From the NCBI GenBank assembly GCA_035444565.1, contig DAOMOX010000001.1:194335-258334 (forward strand): a DNA stretch of 64,000 nt, in the 5' to 3' direction. The position numbers and the translations under genes were made by a program. Position 1 is the first letter of the stretch; each line of letters starts with the position of its first letter. Shown piece by piece: positions 17,801 to 27,159 of the stretch. The DNA is from Candidatus Dojkabacteria bacterium. GTDB taxonomy: Bacteria > Patescibacteriota > Dojkabacteria > B142 > OLB20. Below the pieces are notes generated by a model, which worked only from the letters and a program-made list of their open reading frames with translations, made no database searches and had not been told where the DNA came from.

Positions 17801-19826
17801 CTGTAAATCCTGCATAACCTTCGTAAATATCCACATACATCGAACCTTCATTATCAGTTATGTTGTTATCGAAAGATGTAAATTTAAATTCACCTGTATA
17901 GTTTTCAAAACCTCTTGCATATGTATTTGCTGGTGAGAAGTAACCCCAATCTGCTGGATCATCATTAACTGTAACTCCAAGAGCACCTGTTGTGGTCAAA
18001 TCCATCACATTTATCCATGGGATATATGGACCTACAAATCCATCAGATTCTAATCTTTCTGAATAGGCAGGATCAGTTAATAATTCTGTTCCTCCTCGGT
18101 ATTTATAAGTTCCTCTTGCCATTAGAACATAATCGCCCTCTGGTAGTTCTGATGAGTAACTTGGAGTATAAGGATCTCCTATTTTGTCATCAGGTTCGAC
18201 TTCTACTGTTTCTAGTAATTCTCCTAACAACTGAACATTCCATCCTGGAAGATAATTTTGTTGATTATCTTGTTTACAGACAGTGACATCAGCAAATCTC
18301 TGAACAGGTTTGTTAAATGCTACACAGTAAGCTTCTTTATCTTCATTAAATAATGCATATTCTCCATAATTTGAAATATCACCATGACCTTCGCCATTTC
18401 TGTAACAAGCAAACCCTAATATTCTAGATGGGTCATCCTTTAACTCTCTAACTTCTAATCTACCTTCATATTCAATATCTGAGAGAACACCATCTCCATT
18501 TGCATCTGTTATTACATCATCTAAAGGAAAAACTGGACCTGTGGGGCTTCCACCTCCTGCAGTATCGTCAGGGTGTTGATCAACTTCAAACGTATAAGAT
18601 TCCCCTTCAACACAACCAGCAAAGCTTTCGTCATCAAGTTGATCGAATGCCATTCCATTTACTAAGCCTGATGAGTCAGGTCTGATTTGATTTTCATTCA
18701 AATCTATCTCTCCTGTTGTGAATGATGTTTTATTTAGAACACTACCCTCGCTACATTCATACTTTTTCACAAAAAGTGTTGCCATCGGAGTAGGTGTTGG
18801 AGAATCTGTCGGAACCGGTCTCACACATTCGACACTAACATTATCGATAAATGTTCCTAGTGAATTTGGAGTTCCATCATCCATAAATGAAACTACAGCT
18901 TTTTCCGAAGTTGCTTCGGCTGTCTTTGTATATTTCGTCCAAGTAGTATTTCCAGCTCCTGCACCTGTATGCGTATCTAAGGTGACACCATCCCAAGCAC
19001 TTACAAGTTTATTGTCCGCTTCAGAGGTTCCAGGTCTTGGAGAGAAGTGATATTCGATTTTGTATTCATATCCAGGGATTGTTGCGATTTCTTGACTAAT
19101 TTTTACTGACGCAGGTTCATTGTTTAATGGATTTGATGGTCCGAACCAATCTGCATCAAGCTCAGCATATTGAGCACCAGCTTGCGGTAACCATCCATTT
19201 ACTCCTTTGTGTAATTCAAGATTAGCAACTTTAGGCCTATTTTGACCTTCAAATAATGTTTCGGTACTTTGCCATTCAACTTTCCATTCCAAACCAGCTG
19301 TGTCATTAGGAACTATGTCCCAGTTTGCTGCTGTTGTGACTACTGGAGTTTCAAAATCAGGATTTTTTAGTAGGTTTACACCTGGGGTACAAACAAGTTC
19401 TTCACCAAGTACTTGCGCTCTTTTAAATGATACATGTGAAATATCTTTACAGCTCGAGTCTTTTTCATCTCCCTCCCAAACCTCTGAAACTGTTGCGGAA
19501 CCAGTACCCAGTCCTTCGACCTCAAAACAATCTCCAATAATATCGGCACCATATTCTAAAATATCTTTACCTCCATCTTTGATACATACTTCACTTACTT
19601 TGTAACCCACACCTGCATTATGAGTCTGTTCTTTTTGTTCATCTGGCCAATTATCATATTTAACCCAATCACCGCCTGTTTCAGGACATGTCTCGGCAGC
19701 ATTTGGATTAGTGTTGTCCTCAGGTTTTCCAGCAGCTTGTGCCGGAATCAATCCCACCAGAGGCGAAAAATATTGGAGTAAAATTAAAAATACGGTCAAA
19801 ACCGAAAGGTACTTTTTCCGAGGCAT
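14829..19826 (-). CDS. giant (1665 aa) cell-surface adhesin-like protein with at least four SdrD-B/CnaB-like Ca-binding repeats, a DUF11-like domain and a C-terminal LSDTG sorting signal
   Basis: N-terminal signal peptide. The repeats are GYKLEDTNGDGTLTRQDARLEGWEINLW, GYKWDDMNANGLADEDKDSLLSGWKVTL, GYKWDDDNGDGIKTYGEPKMEGWTVELR and MKFEDANANGERDDEEMGIPNWQIVLK, each followed by a DENGYYKFDNLLPGIYWL-type strand. Near the C-terminus there is TYNIRVANKGTETAHGVEIWDNLPAGMQY (DUF11-like). The protein ends LSDTG plus hydrophobic segment plus KNKFRRNIY. Confidence 0.8.
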   Translation of the reverse strand: MPRKKYLSVLTVFLILLQYFSPLVGLIPAQAAGKPEDNTNPNAAETCPETGGDWVKYDNWPDEQKEQTHNAGVGYKVSEVCIKDGGKDILEYGADIIGDCFEVEGLGTGSATVSEVWEGDEKDSSCKDISHVSFKRAQVLGEELVCTPGVNLLKNPDFETPVVTTAANWDIVPNDTAGLEWKVEWQSTETLFEGQNRPKVANLELHKGVNGWLPQAGAQYAELDADWFGPSNPLNNEPASVKISQEIATIPGYEYKIEYHFSPRPGTSEADNKLVSAWDGVTLDTHTGAGAGNTTWTKYTKTAEATSEKAVVSFMDDGTPNSLGTFIDNVSVECVRPVPTDSPTPTPMATLFVKKYECSEGSVLNKTSFTTGEIDLNENQIRPDSSGLVNGMAFDQLDDESFAGCVEGESYTFEVDQHPDDTAGGGSPTGPVFPLDDVITDANGDGVLSDIEYEGRLEVRELKDDPSRILGFACYRNGEGHGDISNYGEYALFNEDKEAYCVAFNKPVQRFADVTVCKQDNQQNYLPGWNVQLLGELLETVEVEPDDKIGDPYTPSYSSELPEGDYVLMARGTYKYRGGTELLTDPAYSERLESDGFVGPYIPWINVMDLTTTGALGVTVNDDPADWGYFSPANTYARGFENYTGEFKFTSFDNNITDNEGSMYVDIYEGYAGFTEQNGCVTFEDVPYGDYMTNEILMKDWENVSGQASEVVVENETETFTLVNRPVSEPAKLLATKVVCSEEQYLPNNQQGPIDADTAAEWVAQSGGQCKIEEDWDFQWGPAGSGSFGDFQENTTEMGDPWTTFSSGVEVELPELESVGGRVELREVFPDESYVPFSNDGNVSAEFYCTGDTTNYDNWEWLSGYQEDNTYYCVAFNAVKMGAIEGMKFEDANANGERDDEEMGIPNWQIVLKPETLEPIYDLDLPANSPTGVNTGVLSSSKYYLVEVEGTYSYSGVTKLADAEYYSTDNWSNSADFADNPGRDVRTLDVVIDNQNIEWGSSNSAHLYKTVIKGNDAVANLRIFDEDNDPNPPSWYNDNAGTLEVRVYDVSNYRVETDEDGEYSQEIENGEYQVVEINQPGWIQTAPSPSYCHLTVENGSIETCEFGNTRMGLIDGYKLEDTNGDGTLTRQDARLEGWEINLWTGDEEDPISKIQTKTTDENGYYKFDNLLPGIYWLNENQKDGWTQTAGDEVQGPLVIQVGTELHGNNFGNFELGRVQGYKWDDMNANGLADEDKDSLLSGWKVTLEILEDDEENGYKVMNSLSYKMTDEKGAFEFDGLLPGEYKLCEEMQDGWMQTYPSKQNEISVAFSDDYDTECHYIEIETSGQVLSNFNFGNFELGQVSGYKWDDDNGDGIKTYGEPKMEGWTVELRMDTYDGTVVDTEETDTEGEYSFNNLMPGTYFLTEVNQAVTNGSWEQTYPVDPGYHTFIIDSSGDVFEDMNFGNNVIGDILAEKTTTNETFTPGQLVTYNIRVANKGTETAHGVEIWDNLPAGMQYYDSSPNGQYTPANNRVTWTKESLDVNEEWTAQIRLLVPADSTATSIINEVRALRSCQLVNEFTTTLVPSIVEVPEPVIEFCEDDPTPEDNIDSVSLNRAQVAGANITDDEESTGNIRGMATSALGKVLGASNSLSDTGRNMSTALILGTSLISAIFILNKNKFRRNIY
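15500..17180 (-). repeat. block of SdrD-B/CnaB-like domain repeats inside the adhesin gene (protein-level repeats)
   Basis: Repeat starts map near 17170, 16495, 16170 and 15790 (minus-strand codons). Confidence 0.6.
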
Positions 19827-20184
19827 AGAATTTATTTAAAAAATAAATGGGGTAATAATATTGTATCTAGTTCACAAAACGAAAGCAACTAACTAAAGTG
19901 ACACTTTTTCTTGATTTATTGAGATTGATTTAACGATTCCCCACTATTTTAAGTATACGGGAAACGTTGATTGCTAACAGAACCTGAATTATTTTCTTTT
20001 AGAAATATTATCAAAGGAAAAATTACATAGGGCTATTTCTTTACTCTGAGCATAAGTATGTTAGCTCGGGTTTGCAATAATTTCCTAACCACAGTTGTAG
20101 TAACAAACTCTATTAGATGAAAAAGGATAAAATAGTTTTACCGAGTAAAGTGACCCAAAACCTCAACAAGCAAGTAAGGTTAGT

Positions 20185-22779
20185 TTAAGGAAATATGTAA
20201 CTAGAGTTTTTTGTAATAATTCCTTTGAATCTGTCAACAATATTTTTACCCTTTAATTGTTCATCCTTAGCTAGTTTTTTATTCACTAACCATTGTCTAG
20301 ATTTTCTAGAGATATAAAATCCTTTCGTAGACATTATTGCGTAAATCCCCGACCTCCTATAAAATTCTTGCAAAATATCCAATTCGTTTTCCTCAGGTTT
20401 AATATCTTTTTCCTTAAACCTCCGAGAAATCGACTTATAAACCCTTGCTGCTGTACCGAAAGTGTTGTTGTGATGTTTATCTGGATCGGTGATTATCATT
20501 TCATAAAAAACAGGGTCTGCATCAGGATTATCTTTATCACCTAACATAAACACCACTTTTATATCCTTATATCCTGTTTTTCGATCCACAAATTGAACTA
20601 GGTCAATCATCTCATCAATTCCAAGTCTTTGCCTTGTCTTTTTCTCGAAGTCTTTTGCCACTAATTTAAAGTCTTCATTATCAGGAAGTGAAATTCTTAT
20701 AGCTAATTTCGGTTTTTCCCCATCAACACTTTCATATGGCCTACCAATAGAAAGTGAAAGATTTGCGAAATTATCATTTTTCTGTGATTCTTCGAATTCC
20801 GACAAAATATTTTCAATGGTTTCAAAAGCACTTAACATAAATGATCCATCATCCTGATTCTCTTTAAGAACAATCCTACATCGAAATATATCTGTAACTC
20901 GAGTTATTCCTTCCGAGAGGAATTTATTAAAAATACCCATAAAACTTTTTCTATCAAATTCAATTACACCCGTAGATGAAGCTACCCGCTTAATTACCTT
21001 CTCCATTTTATTCACTCCAAATTCGGATTGTGACATATACTGATCTACTTTAGATTGAATTTCATTAAACCCTTCTTCAGACAATAGTTCCCTCTGAAAT
21101 TTTTCTTCAACTTTATTATTTAGTACCTTTGCCATTCCCTTAAGTCCAAATGATTCAATCAAAGGAATCAGAAGATATTTACATTCCTGCAATTGCCTCC
21201 AAAGGTAGGTAGGGTCAATTTCTTCAATTCCTTCAAGATGATCAATATTATCGAAGAATTCTAATGACCTTAGCAAAGGACCCTCAATATCAAATGCCTG
21301 AGATTCCCTAAATGCCTTTAATGGGATATTTCCCATAGAAGGTCTTAGTCTAAAAAATTTATCTTTATTAGCTCTGAAGAACTCAAAGCTTCGTTTCCGA
21401 CTGTTATCATGACTCTTACTAGGTTTGCCCAGAATTGATTGCAAATGTTGTTTAAAATCTTTCAATTCATCCTTCTTCTCCTCGGAAAGGTCAGGACCAA
21501 TGTTCAATCCGTATACTGAATTGATATTATGGACAGGTATCTCGGACTTATCTTCAATCGCTTTTGATGAATAAGCAATTCCAATAGAATATCTTAATAA
21601 TTCTGCCATTTCTGGATTACTCTCATCCATAGTTGCTAAAGTGGACCGTAATTTATCTTGGAACGCCTTGGTTTCTACGAAGTCATGTAAAAAAATTGCC
21701 CCAACCATACCTGTCGAGTTTACTACACCGTATTCGGAAGAATTCTTCTCCAGATCTCTTATCATCCTAATTATATGCTCATACCTATCCACCCTGTTTC
21801 CAACCTTCCCCGGCCTACCCATCCACTCCACAATAATATTGTGAATATATTTTAAATAGTTTGTTGATAATTCTTGATCTCTTTCAATTTTTTTAAGTAC
21901 TTGTTCAAACTTATTAAATAAAGGTAAATTTGAACCTCTAAATACCTCTAGATAATTCTCTTTTGTTTCCTCAAGATATTTCATAGGTCTTGATTTATAT
22001 TTCTCATCCGTTAATACTTCTAGAGTAGGAGCTTTTCCAATATCATCGATATGATTTACCATTCGGTCTATCATCTTTACAAATTTTATTACCCGCTTTT
22101 TACCCGCAATTTTTTTCGCATACTCTTCTATTGATACTCCCTCACCTTTAGAATGTGTCAAAGCTTCAATATTATCTTTAAGTTGAGGGGGAAAATGATC
22201 GATATATTCTTCAAATTTAGAGTCTTTAATATCCTCTAACCAATCATGTCCTATAAATGTAAATACTGATTCAAAAAAATTAAGTGGATCATCCCCATCA
22301 TCTTCAAGAATATCATTTATTATTTCCCCCCTATTATCAAAAATCACCCTTAACCCTGGTAATAGATGCCCGTATAAGGATCTCCTTAAACCATCCCTCC
22401 TCTTGTCATTTGAGTGAATTAATTTACTAACTTCTAAGGCATTTAATAATAAAGAATATTCCTCAGAACTTATGTAGTTGGCGCCCAAGTAAAATGCGAA
22501 TTCGTGTTCAATTTCTTCGGGGGTGGCAAAATTTACAGTATCTTCTAACCATGTTTCTCTTGATGTAGGGGTAAAAAATAGATCTTGTAATGCAACACCG
22601 TATTTGAATTCTAACCAAGCTTGTTCCCTATTTTCATTTCTAATAATTTGATCTATAGAATTTTGCCCTCCACTTAGTGTCTCTAAACGACCGAGATGAA
22701 AAGAAGCCATCAAATAGGGATCGTTATTTAAACGATCTTTAATCTCTGGAGTTATTACTAATTCTTGTTCGGGATTCAT
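20185..22779 (-). CDS. large cytoplasmic protein (864 aa) with an N-terminal HD-like motif and a C-terminal RelA/SpoT-type nucleotidyltransferase-like region (tentative)
   Basis: ...SLYGHLLPGLRV...FTFIGHDWLEDIKD is an HD-like H...HD..ED pattern. The C-terminus reads DIFRCRIVLKENQDDGSFML...GYKDIKVVFMLGD...PVFYEMIITDPDKHHNNTFGTAARVYK. This resembles the RSH synthetase D-x-x-G-x-R-I-I ... G-Y-x-S-L-H ... E-V-Q-I-R-T ... A-A-H-x-x-Y-K arrangement. Confidence 0.45.
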   Translation of the reverse strand: MNPEQELVITPEIKDRLNNDPYLMASFHLGRLETLSGGQNSIDQIIRNENREQAWLEFKYGVALQDLFFTPTSRETWLEDTVNFATPEEIEHEFAFYLGANYISSEEYSLLLNALEVSKLIHSNDKRRDGLRRSLYGHLLPGLRVIFDNRGEIINDILEDDGDDPLNFFESVFTFIGHDWLEDIKDSKFEEYIDHFPPQLKDNIEALTHSKGEGVSIEEYAKKIAGKKRVIKFVKMIDRMVNHIDDIGKAPTLEVLTDEKYKSRPMKYLEETKENYLEVFRGSNLPLFNKFEQVLKKIERDQELSTNYLKYIHNIIVEWMGRPGKVGNRVDRYEHIIRMIRDLEKNSSEYGVVNSTGMVGAIFLHDFVETKAFQDKLRSTLATMDESNPEMAELLRYSIGIAYSSKAIEDKSEIPVHNINSVYGLNIGPDLSEEKKDELKDFKQHLQSILGKPSKSHDNSRKRSFEFFRANKDKFFRLRPSMGNIPLKAFRESQAFDIEGPLLRSLEFFDNIDHLEGIEEIDPTYLWRQLQECKYLLIPLIESFGLKGMAKVLNNKVEEKFQRELLSEEGFNEIQSKVDQYMSQSEFGVNKMEKVIKRVASSTGVIEFDRKSFMGIFNKFLSEGITRVTDIFRCRIVLKENQDDGSFMLSAFETIENILSEFEESQKNDNFANLSLSIGRPYESVDGEKPKLAIRISLPDNEDFKLVAKDFEKKTRQRLGIDEMIDLVQFVDRKTGYKDIKVVFMLGDKDNPDADPVFYEMIITDPDKHHNNTFGTAARVYKSISRRFKEKDIKPEENELDILQEFYRRSGIYAIMSTKGFYISRKSRQWLVNKKLAKDEQLKGKNIVDRFKGIITKNSSYIFP

Positions 22780-22879
22780 CAGAAAAAACAGAAAACTATA
22801 CCATATTATTATATCATTAATATATAAATAGCCCCATCTTGAAAACTCAAGATGAGGCTATAAATCATTTGCAATATCT

Positions 22880-23476
22880 TTACTTTCCAAACTTCTCCCC
22901 GAACAATTTCACTGCTTCATTGATTATTTCATAAGCTTTTTCTTTTTCACCCCAGCCTTCGACTATAACCTTTTTATCAGTTTGGCCTTTGTATTTAAAT
23001 TGTAAATCCTTGTATCTCTCGAAAAAGAAGCCAATTTCATCTTTCTGGTGTTCTGACAAATCTGTGATAGATTTTATATGTTTGTATCGAATATCATCGA
23101 CTGGAACCGCTAGAATTTTGTCGTCTTTCTCACCACTATCATTAAAAAGCATAACACCAATTGGTCGGACAGAAATCAAACAACCTGGAAAAGTCGGATA
23201 AGTCAAAATACACATTACATCAAGCAAATCCTCATCCTCATCCCATGTTTGCGGAATTGCTCCATATTCAATAGGGTATGGTAATTTTTCGAACAAAACT
23301 CTGTCCAATTTCAATAATCCTGTATTTGTGTGAAATTCAAATTTATTGATTGAACCCATAGGTGTTTCTACAAGCATATTGATTTCCTCAGGAGCATTAT
23401 CCCCAACAGGAAGTTCAAATAGAGGATTCATCATTGTTTTTTGCGGTTTGTCCGCTAAATTTGCGATATCTGCCAT
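22880..23476 (-). CDS. ppa: inorganic pyrophosphatase (family I)
   Basis: About 198 aa. The acidic metal-binding cluster EDEDLLDVM, KILAVPVDD and flanking lysines fit family I PPase. Confidence 0.75.
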   Translation of the reverse strand: MADIANLADKPQKTMMNPLFELPVGDNAPEEINMLVETPMGSINKFEFHTNTGLLKLDRVLFEKLPYPIEYGAIPQTWDEDEDLLDVMCILTYPTFPGCLISVRPIGVMLFNDSGEKDDKILAVPVDDIRYKHIKSITDLSEHQKDEIGFFFERYKDLQFKYKGQTDKKVIVEGWGEKEKAYEIINEAVKLFGEKFGK

Positions 23477-23551
23477 AAAAATATATTAATAAATAGAATA
23501 ACTTTTGAATCCTGTATGATAACACGCAAAATTAAGTCTCTCAAGAACGAA

Positions 23552-23577
23552 AAGCGCCCTTCTATTCAAGGGCGCTT
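23552..23577 (-). terminator. hairpin AAGCGCCC-ttctattcaa-GGGCGCTT with a T-run on the minus strand
   Basis: Lies between the stop of 23593-24993 and the start of ppa. Confidence 0.6.
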
Positions 23578-23592
23578 AAATATTTTTACTCT

Positions 23593-24993
23593 TTAATCTC
23601 TAAGCATTCTCACTCTAGTCTGGATGATTATTGCCATAAGCGCTATAACTCCAACAATTACTAATAACATTGAATATTCAGGAATAGTCACCACTAATGG
23701 GAAAAATCCAAGTGCTAAAACCATTTCTGGAATTACAAATTTTGAACTAAATTTGAATCCTGCAATTCGACCTAATAGATAATACATCAATCCCCCAATA
23801 ACTACCACTGCTATAAGGAATGCCAGATAGAGTGGCATGGAGAAATTAGGCACTTTAGAGAAATTACTGAAAAGTTCAATCGTAGGATCAATGGTGAAAC
23901 TCGAAAGATAATGTACGAATGGGAAATACAGTGTAAACAATATTGTGACAAGAAGCATATCAAATAATGATAGCTTTCTTTTACCAAATCTATACGCCAA
24001 ATAAAGTGTAATTATTATAAATACGAAATACACTGGTGCCATCGTCAAATACACTCTGGAAACCTGTGCTGACGGATTGAGTTTGTCACCGACAGTTATA
24101 CTAACCTTTGGTTTTGAGTATAAATCTGGCTTGTCCCAGAACAAACTTACAGCACCATCCCCAAATTCTCTGTCAGTTACTGCTAGACCATCGTTGACAT
24201 CATATGACCTTGTTCCATTAATTGTAACTTTGAATTTGAAGTCTTGAGAACCTTTTGGATTTTCAATTCCTTCGTAGTTAAAACTAGAGACACCTACAGT
24301 TTCGTATCTTACCTCAACATTTACATCTTCCCCTGCTGGAATTTTCCCTTCCCAGCTTAGTCCGTCGTATTGAGTATTGTTATAGTAATTATAATCATAG
24401 GGCGATTTGGTCGGATTAATAGTGATTTGAGTCTTCGCATTAGTTACTTCTTCTCCATTAACTAATAATGTAGCATTACTAATCTCTTGTGAGCTGATAT
24501 TTCCAGGGAAAGGAAATTGAAACTTAATAAGACTTTCTTCATTAAGTTCATTTCTTAATAAATAAACGGATTTGAAGCTAGTTTTAAACGTAGGCTGATA
24601 AACCAATCCCTTTTTCACGAAATCTGCAGTGATTGTGACATCTGCATCTGTTGACTGTAAGCTGGTATTCTCGACATATCTCTTTGCGACATCATAAGAT
24701 AAGTCATTCTCTACATATAGTGAACTTTTTGTGTCCAACATTCCCAAACTTGGTGCAGATTGTGCCAATGGACCTCCATAGAGTTCTGCTGTTCCTGAGT
24801 AATTTCTATATGCAATTTCATTTCTTTCCTGTGCAATTGCTGACATTATCAAACTAAACACTCCAATGATTATCGTAAAGATAATAGTGAAAAAAATGTA
24901 CTGGATAACCAGAGAATCGACAGATTTCTTGACTGGTTTTGGCTGTGGTTGTGGTGTTTCTAACTTAGGGGCGTGAGTTGGTTGTTCGTTCAT
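23593..24993 (-). CDS. membrane protein with CreD-like architecture (N-terminal TM, about 250-aa extracytoplasmic domain, C-terminal 5-TM bundle)
   Basis: Topology only. Pro-rich cytoplasmic N-terminus, one TM, a beta-rich middle, then 5 TM. Confidence 0.35.
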   Translation of the reverse strand: MNEQPTHAPKLETPQPQPKPVKKSVDSLVIQYIFFTIIFTIIIGVFSLIMSAIAQERNEIAYRNYSGTAELYGGPLAQSAPSLGMLDTKSSLYVENDLSYDVAKRYVENTSLQSTDADVTITADFVKKGLVYQPTFKTSFKSVYLLRNELNEESLIKFQFPFPGNISSQEISNATLLVNGEEVTNAKTQITINPTKSPYDYNYYNNTQYDGLSWEGKIPAGEDVNVEVRYETVGVSSFNYEGIENPKGSQDFKFKVTINGTRSYDVNDGLAVTDREFGDGAVSLFWDKPDLYSKPKVSITVGDKLNPSAQVSRVYLTMAPVYFVFIIITLYLAYRFGKRKLSLFDMLLVTILFTLYFPFVHYLSSFTIDPTIELFSNFSKVPNFSMPLYLAFLIAVVVIGGLMYYLLGRIAGFKFSSKFVIPEMVLALGFFPLVVTIPEYSMLLVIVGVIALMAIIIQTRVRMLRD

Positions 24994-25103
24994 TTTATAA
25001 AAAAATAAATATTAATTAATCATACAACAATTGGAATAACGCTGGTACAGAAAAATATTACAAGAAAAACGCAGTAGCGGAGCTTTATTTCGTAGGAAAT
25101 TAG

Positions 25104-26390
25104 TTATTCGAAGCGAAGGGCTTTCACTGGATCGAGTCGTGCAGCCTTGATTGCTGGGTAAATACCTGCCAATACTCCTGTGATGATACAACCAATAATA
25201 ATTCCCAAGACGATAAGAGGATCAAGACTGAAGTAACGCTGTGCGGAAAAGCCCTGTTCTTGAAGCATATCTACAATGAATGGATCCGCTATGATAGTAA
25301 CTGCCAAAACAATGGTCAAACCTAGTAACCCACCTAGTAACCCGATAACGCCTGACTGTATTAGGAAGATGTATAATATCTGGTAATTTGAGGCCCCTAC
25401 AGCCTTATTTATACCTATTTCCCGAGTCTGTTCGTAAATACTCATAACCATAGTGTTGATAATTCCAATCGAAGCTACAAAGGCAGAAACGATTCCGAAG
25501 AAGATCAGTACAAAAGTGATAGCATTTGTGATTAAACTCAAAAATTCGAGTACGTCATCAGCACTAAAAGCCTGAAGTCCATATTTTTCAGAGATTTCTT
25601 CTCTGAATTTATTGACATCATCTTCGTTATTTAATTCAATGAATAGCTGGTCATAACCTATATCCTCTAAATATTCTTCCCCATTGATGAATCCGCCATT
25701 TTGTGCAAGCATCTCTGCTGCATCTCCAGTGGTAATAATCGCATCGGAACGATCAGAGCCCGAATCAATAACTCCAACTATCTTGTATCTATATTCCTTG
25801 TCGATTTGAGTTTTGGTTTTGTTCGAGAGCAATGCCGATGGTGCAACCTCTATAACCAAAGTCTGTCCCATGATTTCTTCATGACTGGTTTTGAAGAAAC
25901 TGACGACATCCTCACTGACAAAGGCTTCCCCAGAATCCAAAACTGTTTTTTCTCCATCAAAACCAGTGAAATACCTAGAGTCTCCAGCAACATCCCAACC
26001 AAAAGGAAAACTTGGTGAGAAAGCTTTATCGTTACCATCAAGACGCAACTGCATACCATTTATCATAATTGCAGGAACGACTTTACTAACTCTACTATCA
26101 TCTTGAATCTCTTTTACTAATGCTGAAGTCATTAATTCAGGTTCTTTCACCTCCTCTTCTTCGCCTTCTGCATCACCCATATCACCTGCAAAACTGAGGA
26201 AGTTAGTACTAGAAACTATTATCTCGTTTGGCTTAAATCTACTGGTGAATTCGTTTGTAATAACGTCTTTAAATCCATTCATTCCGAAAATTATCAAACT
26301 CAATAGTACAACAGCAATAGTAATACCCAAACTTGTGAGGAAAGTCCTTAATTTACTTCGAAATACTAGATTTAATGAATACTTTAACAT
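25104..26390 (-). CDS. ABC transporter permease, FtsX/MacB-like with large extracytoplasmic domain
   Basis: 428 aa. TM1, then a periplasmic domain of about 230 aa, then 3 C-terminal TM (FtsX fold). It abuts the ATPase gene. Confidence 0.75.
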   Translation of the reverse strand: MLKYSLNLVFRSKLRTFLTSLGITIAVVLLSLIIFGMNGFKDVITNEFTSRFKPNEIIVSSTNFLSFAGDMGDAEGEEEEVKEPELMTSALVKEIQDDSRVSKVVPAIMINGMQLRLDGNDKAFSPSFPFGWDVAGDSRYFTGFDGEKTVLDSGEAFVSEDVVSFFKTSHEEIMGQTLVIEVAPSALLSNKTKTQIDKEYRYKIVGVIDSGSDRSDAIITTGDAAEMLAQNGGFINGEEYLEDIGYDQLFIELNNEDDVNKFREEISEKYGLQAFSADDVLEFLSLITNAITFVLIFFGIVSAFVASIGIINTMVMSIYEQTREIGINKAVGASNYQILYIFLIQSGVIGLLGGLLGLTIVLAVTIIADPFIVDMLQEQGFSAQRYFSLDPLIVLGIIIGCIITGVLAGIYPAIKAARLDPVKALRFE

Positions 26391-27068
26391 TTATTTATTC
26401 CTAGATTTATCTAATTTACCGTCTTTCAAAAAGATTCGTCTTTTAGCACCTACAATTAACTCTGTATCATGCGTAACAATCAATAATGTCGTTTTCATCT
26501 CCCTATTAATCTCAAGCAACAAATCCATAATCTCCTTACCAGTCTTACTATCCAGATTCCCAGTTGGTTCATCCGCTAACAATATTTTCGGTTCAGCTAT
26601 CAATGCTCTAGCTATTGCGACTCTTTGTGCTTGACCACCTGAAAGTTCTTTTGGTTTATGATTTTTCCTGTCGGTGAGGCTCACTCGATCTAATAAGTAG
26701 CTTACTTTATCTTGCATTGCTTTTTTTGCACTTCTATTTGCGAAATAGCTCGGAAGACCAATATTTTCGGCAACACTTAGAGCAGGGATGAGGTAAAATT
26801 GCTGAAAAATTGTTCCAACAATATTTCTACGATAGAAAACAGAGTTATATTCGCGTATTTCTTTCTCGTCAACCCTTACCTCACCATCGTAATCCCTATC
26901 AAGTCCACCTAAGACATTTAATAATGTTGATTTACCCGATCCCGAAGGTCCAATAATTGTGACAACCTCACCAGATTCTATATCGAAGCTGAGGTTATTG
27001 ACAGCGTCAACGATATTGTTACGGCTAATTCTGTATTTCTTTGTAAGTTGTTTTATCTCAATCATCAT
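26391..27068 (-). CDS. ABC transporter ATP-binding protein (MacB/LolD-like)
   Basis: Walker A GPSGSGKST, Q-loop, signature LSGGQAQRVAIARAL, Walker B LLADEPTGNLD, H-loop VTHD. Confidence 0.9.
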   Translation of the reverse strand: MMIEIKQLTKKYRISRNNIVDAVNNLSFDIESGEVVTIIGPSGSGKSTLLNVLGGLDRDYDGEVRVDEKEIREYNSVFYRRNIVGTIFQQFYLIPALSVAENIGLPSYFANRSAKKAMQDKVSYLLDRVSLTDRKNHKPKELSGGQAQRVAIARALIAEPKILLADEPTGNLDSKTGKEIMDLLLEINREMKTTLLIVTHDTELIVGAKRRIFLKDGKLDKSRNK

Positions 27069-27159
27069 AGCAAAGGTATCATATCACAAATTTAGATAGA
27101 CAATAAAATAAATTGGAAATATTCAAATTACAACTCAGAATGTCCGACAAAGTCATACG

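Noticed and set aside
14857-19605. Multiple 60-110 aa plus-strand ORFs inside the adhesin gene (for example 14857-15168, 15851-16144, 17990-18286, 18718-19050, 19300-19605)
   Set aside because: They are antisense to a 5-kb ORF with clear domain repeats and were judged spurious.
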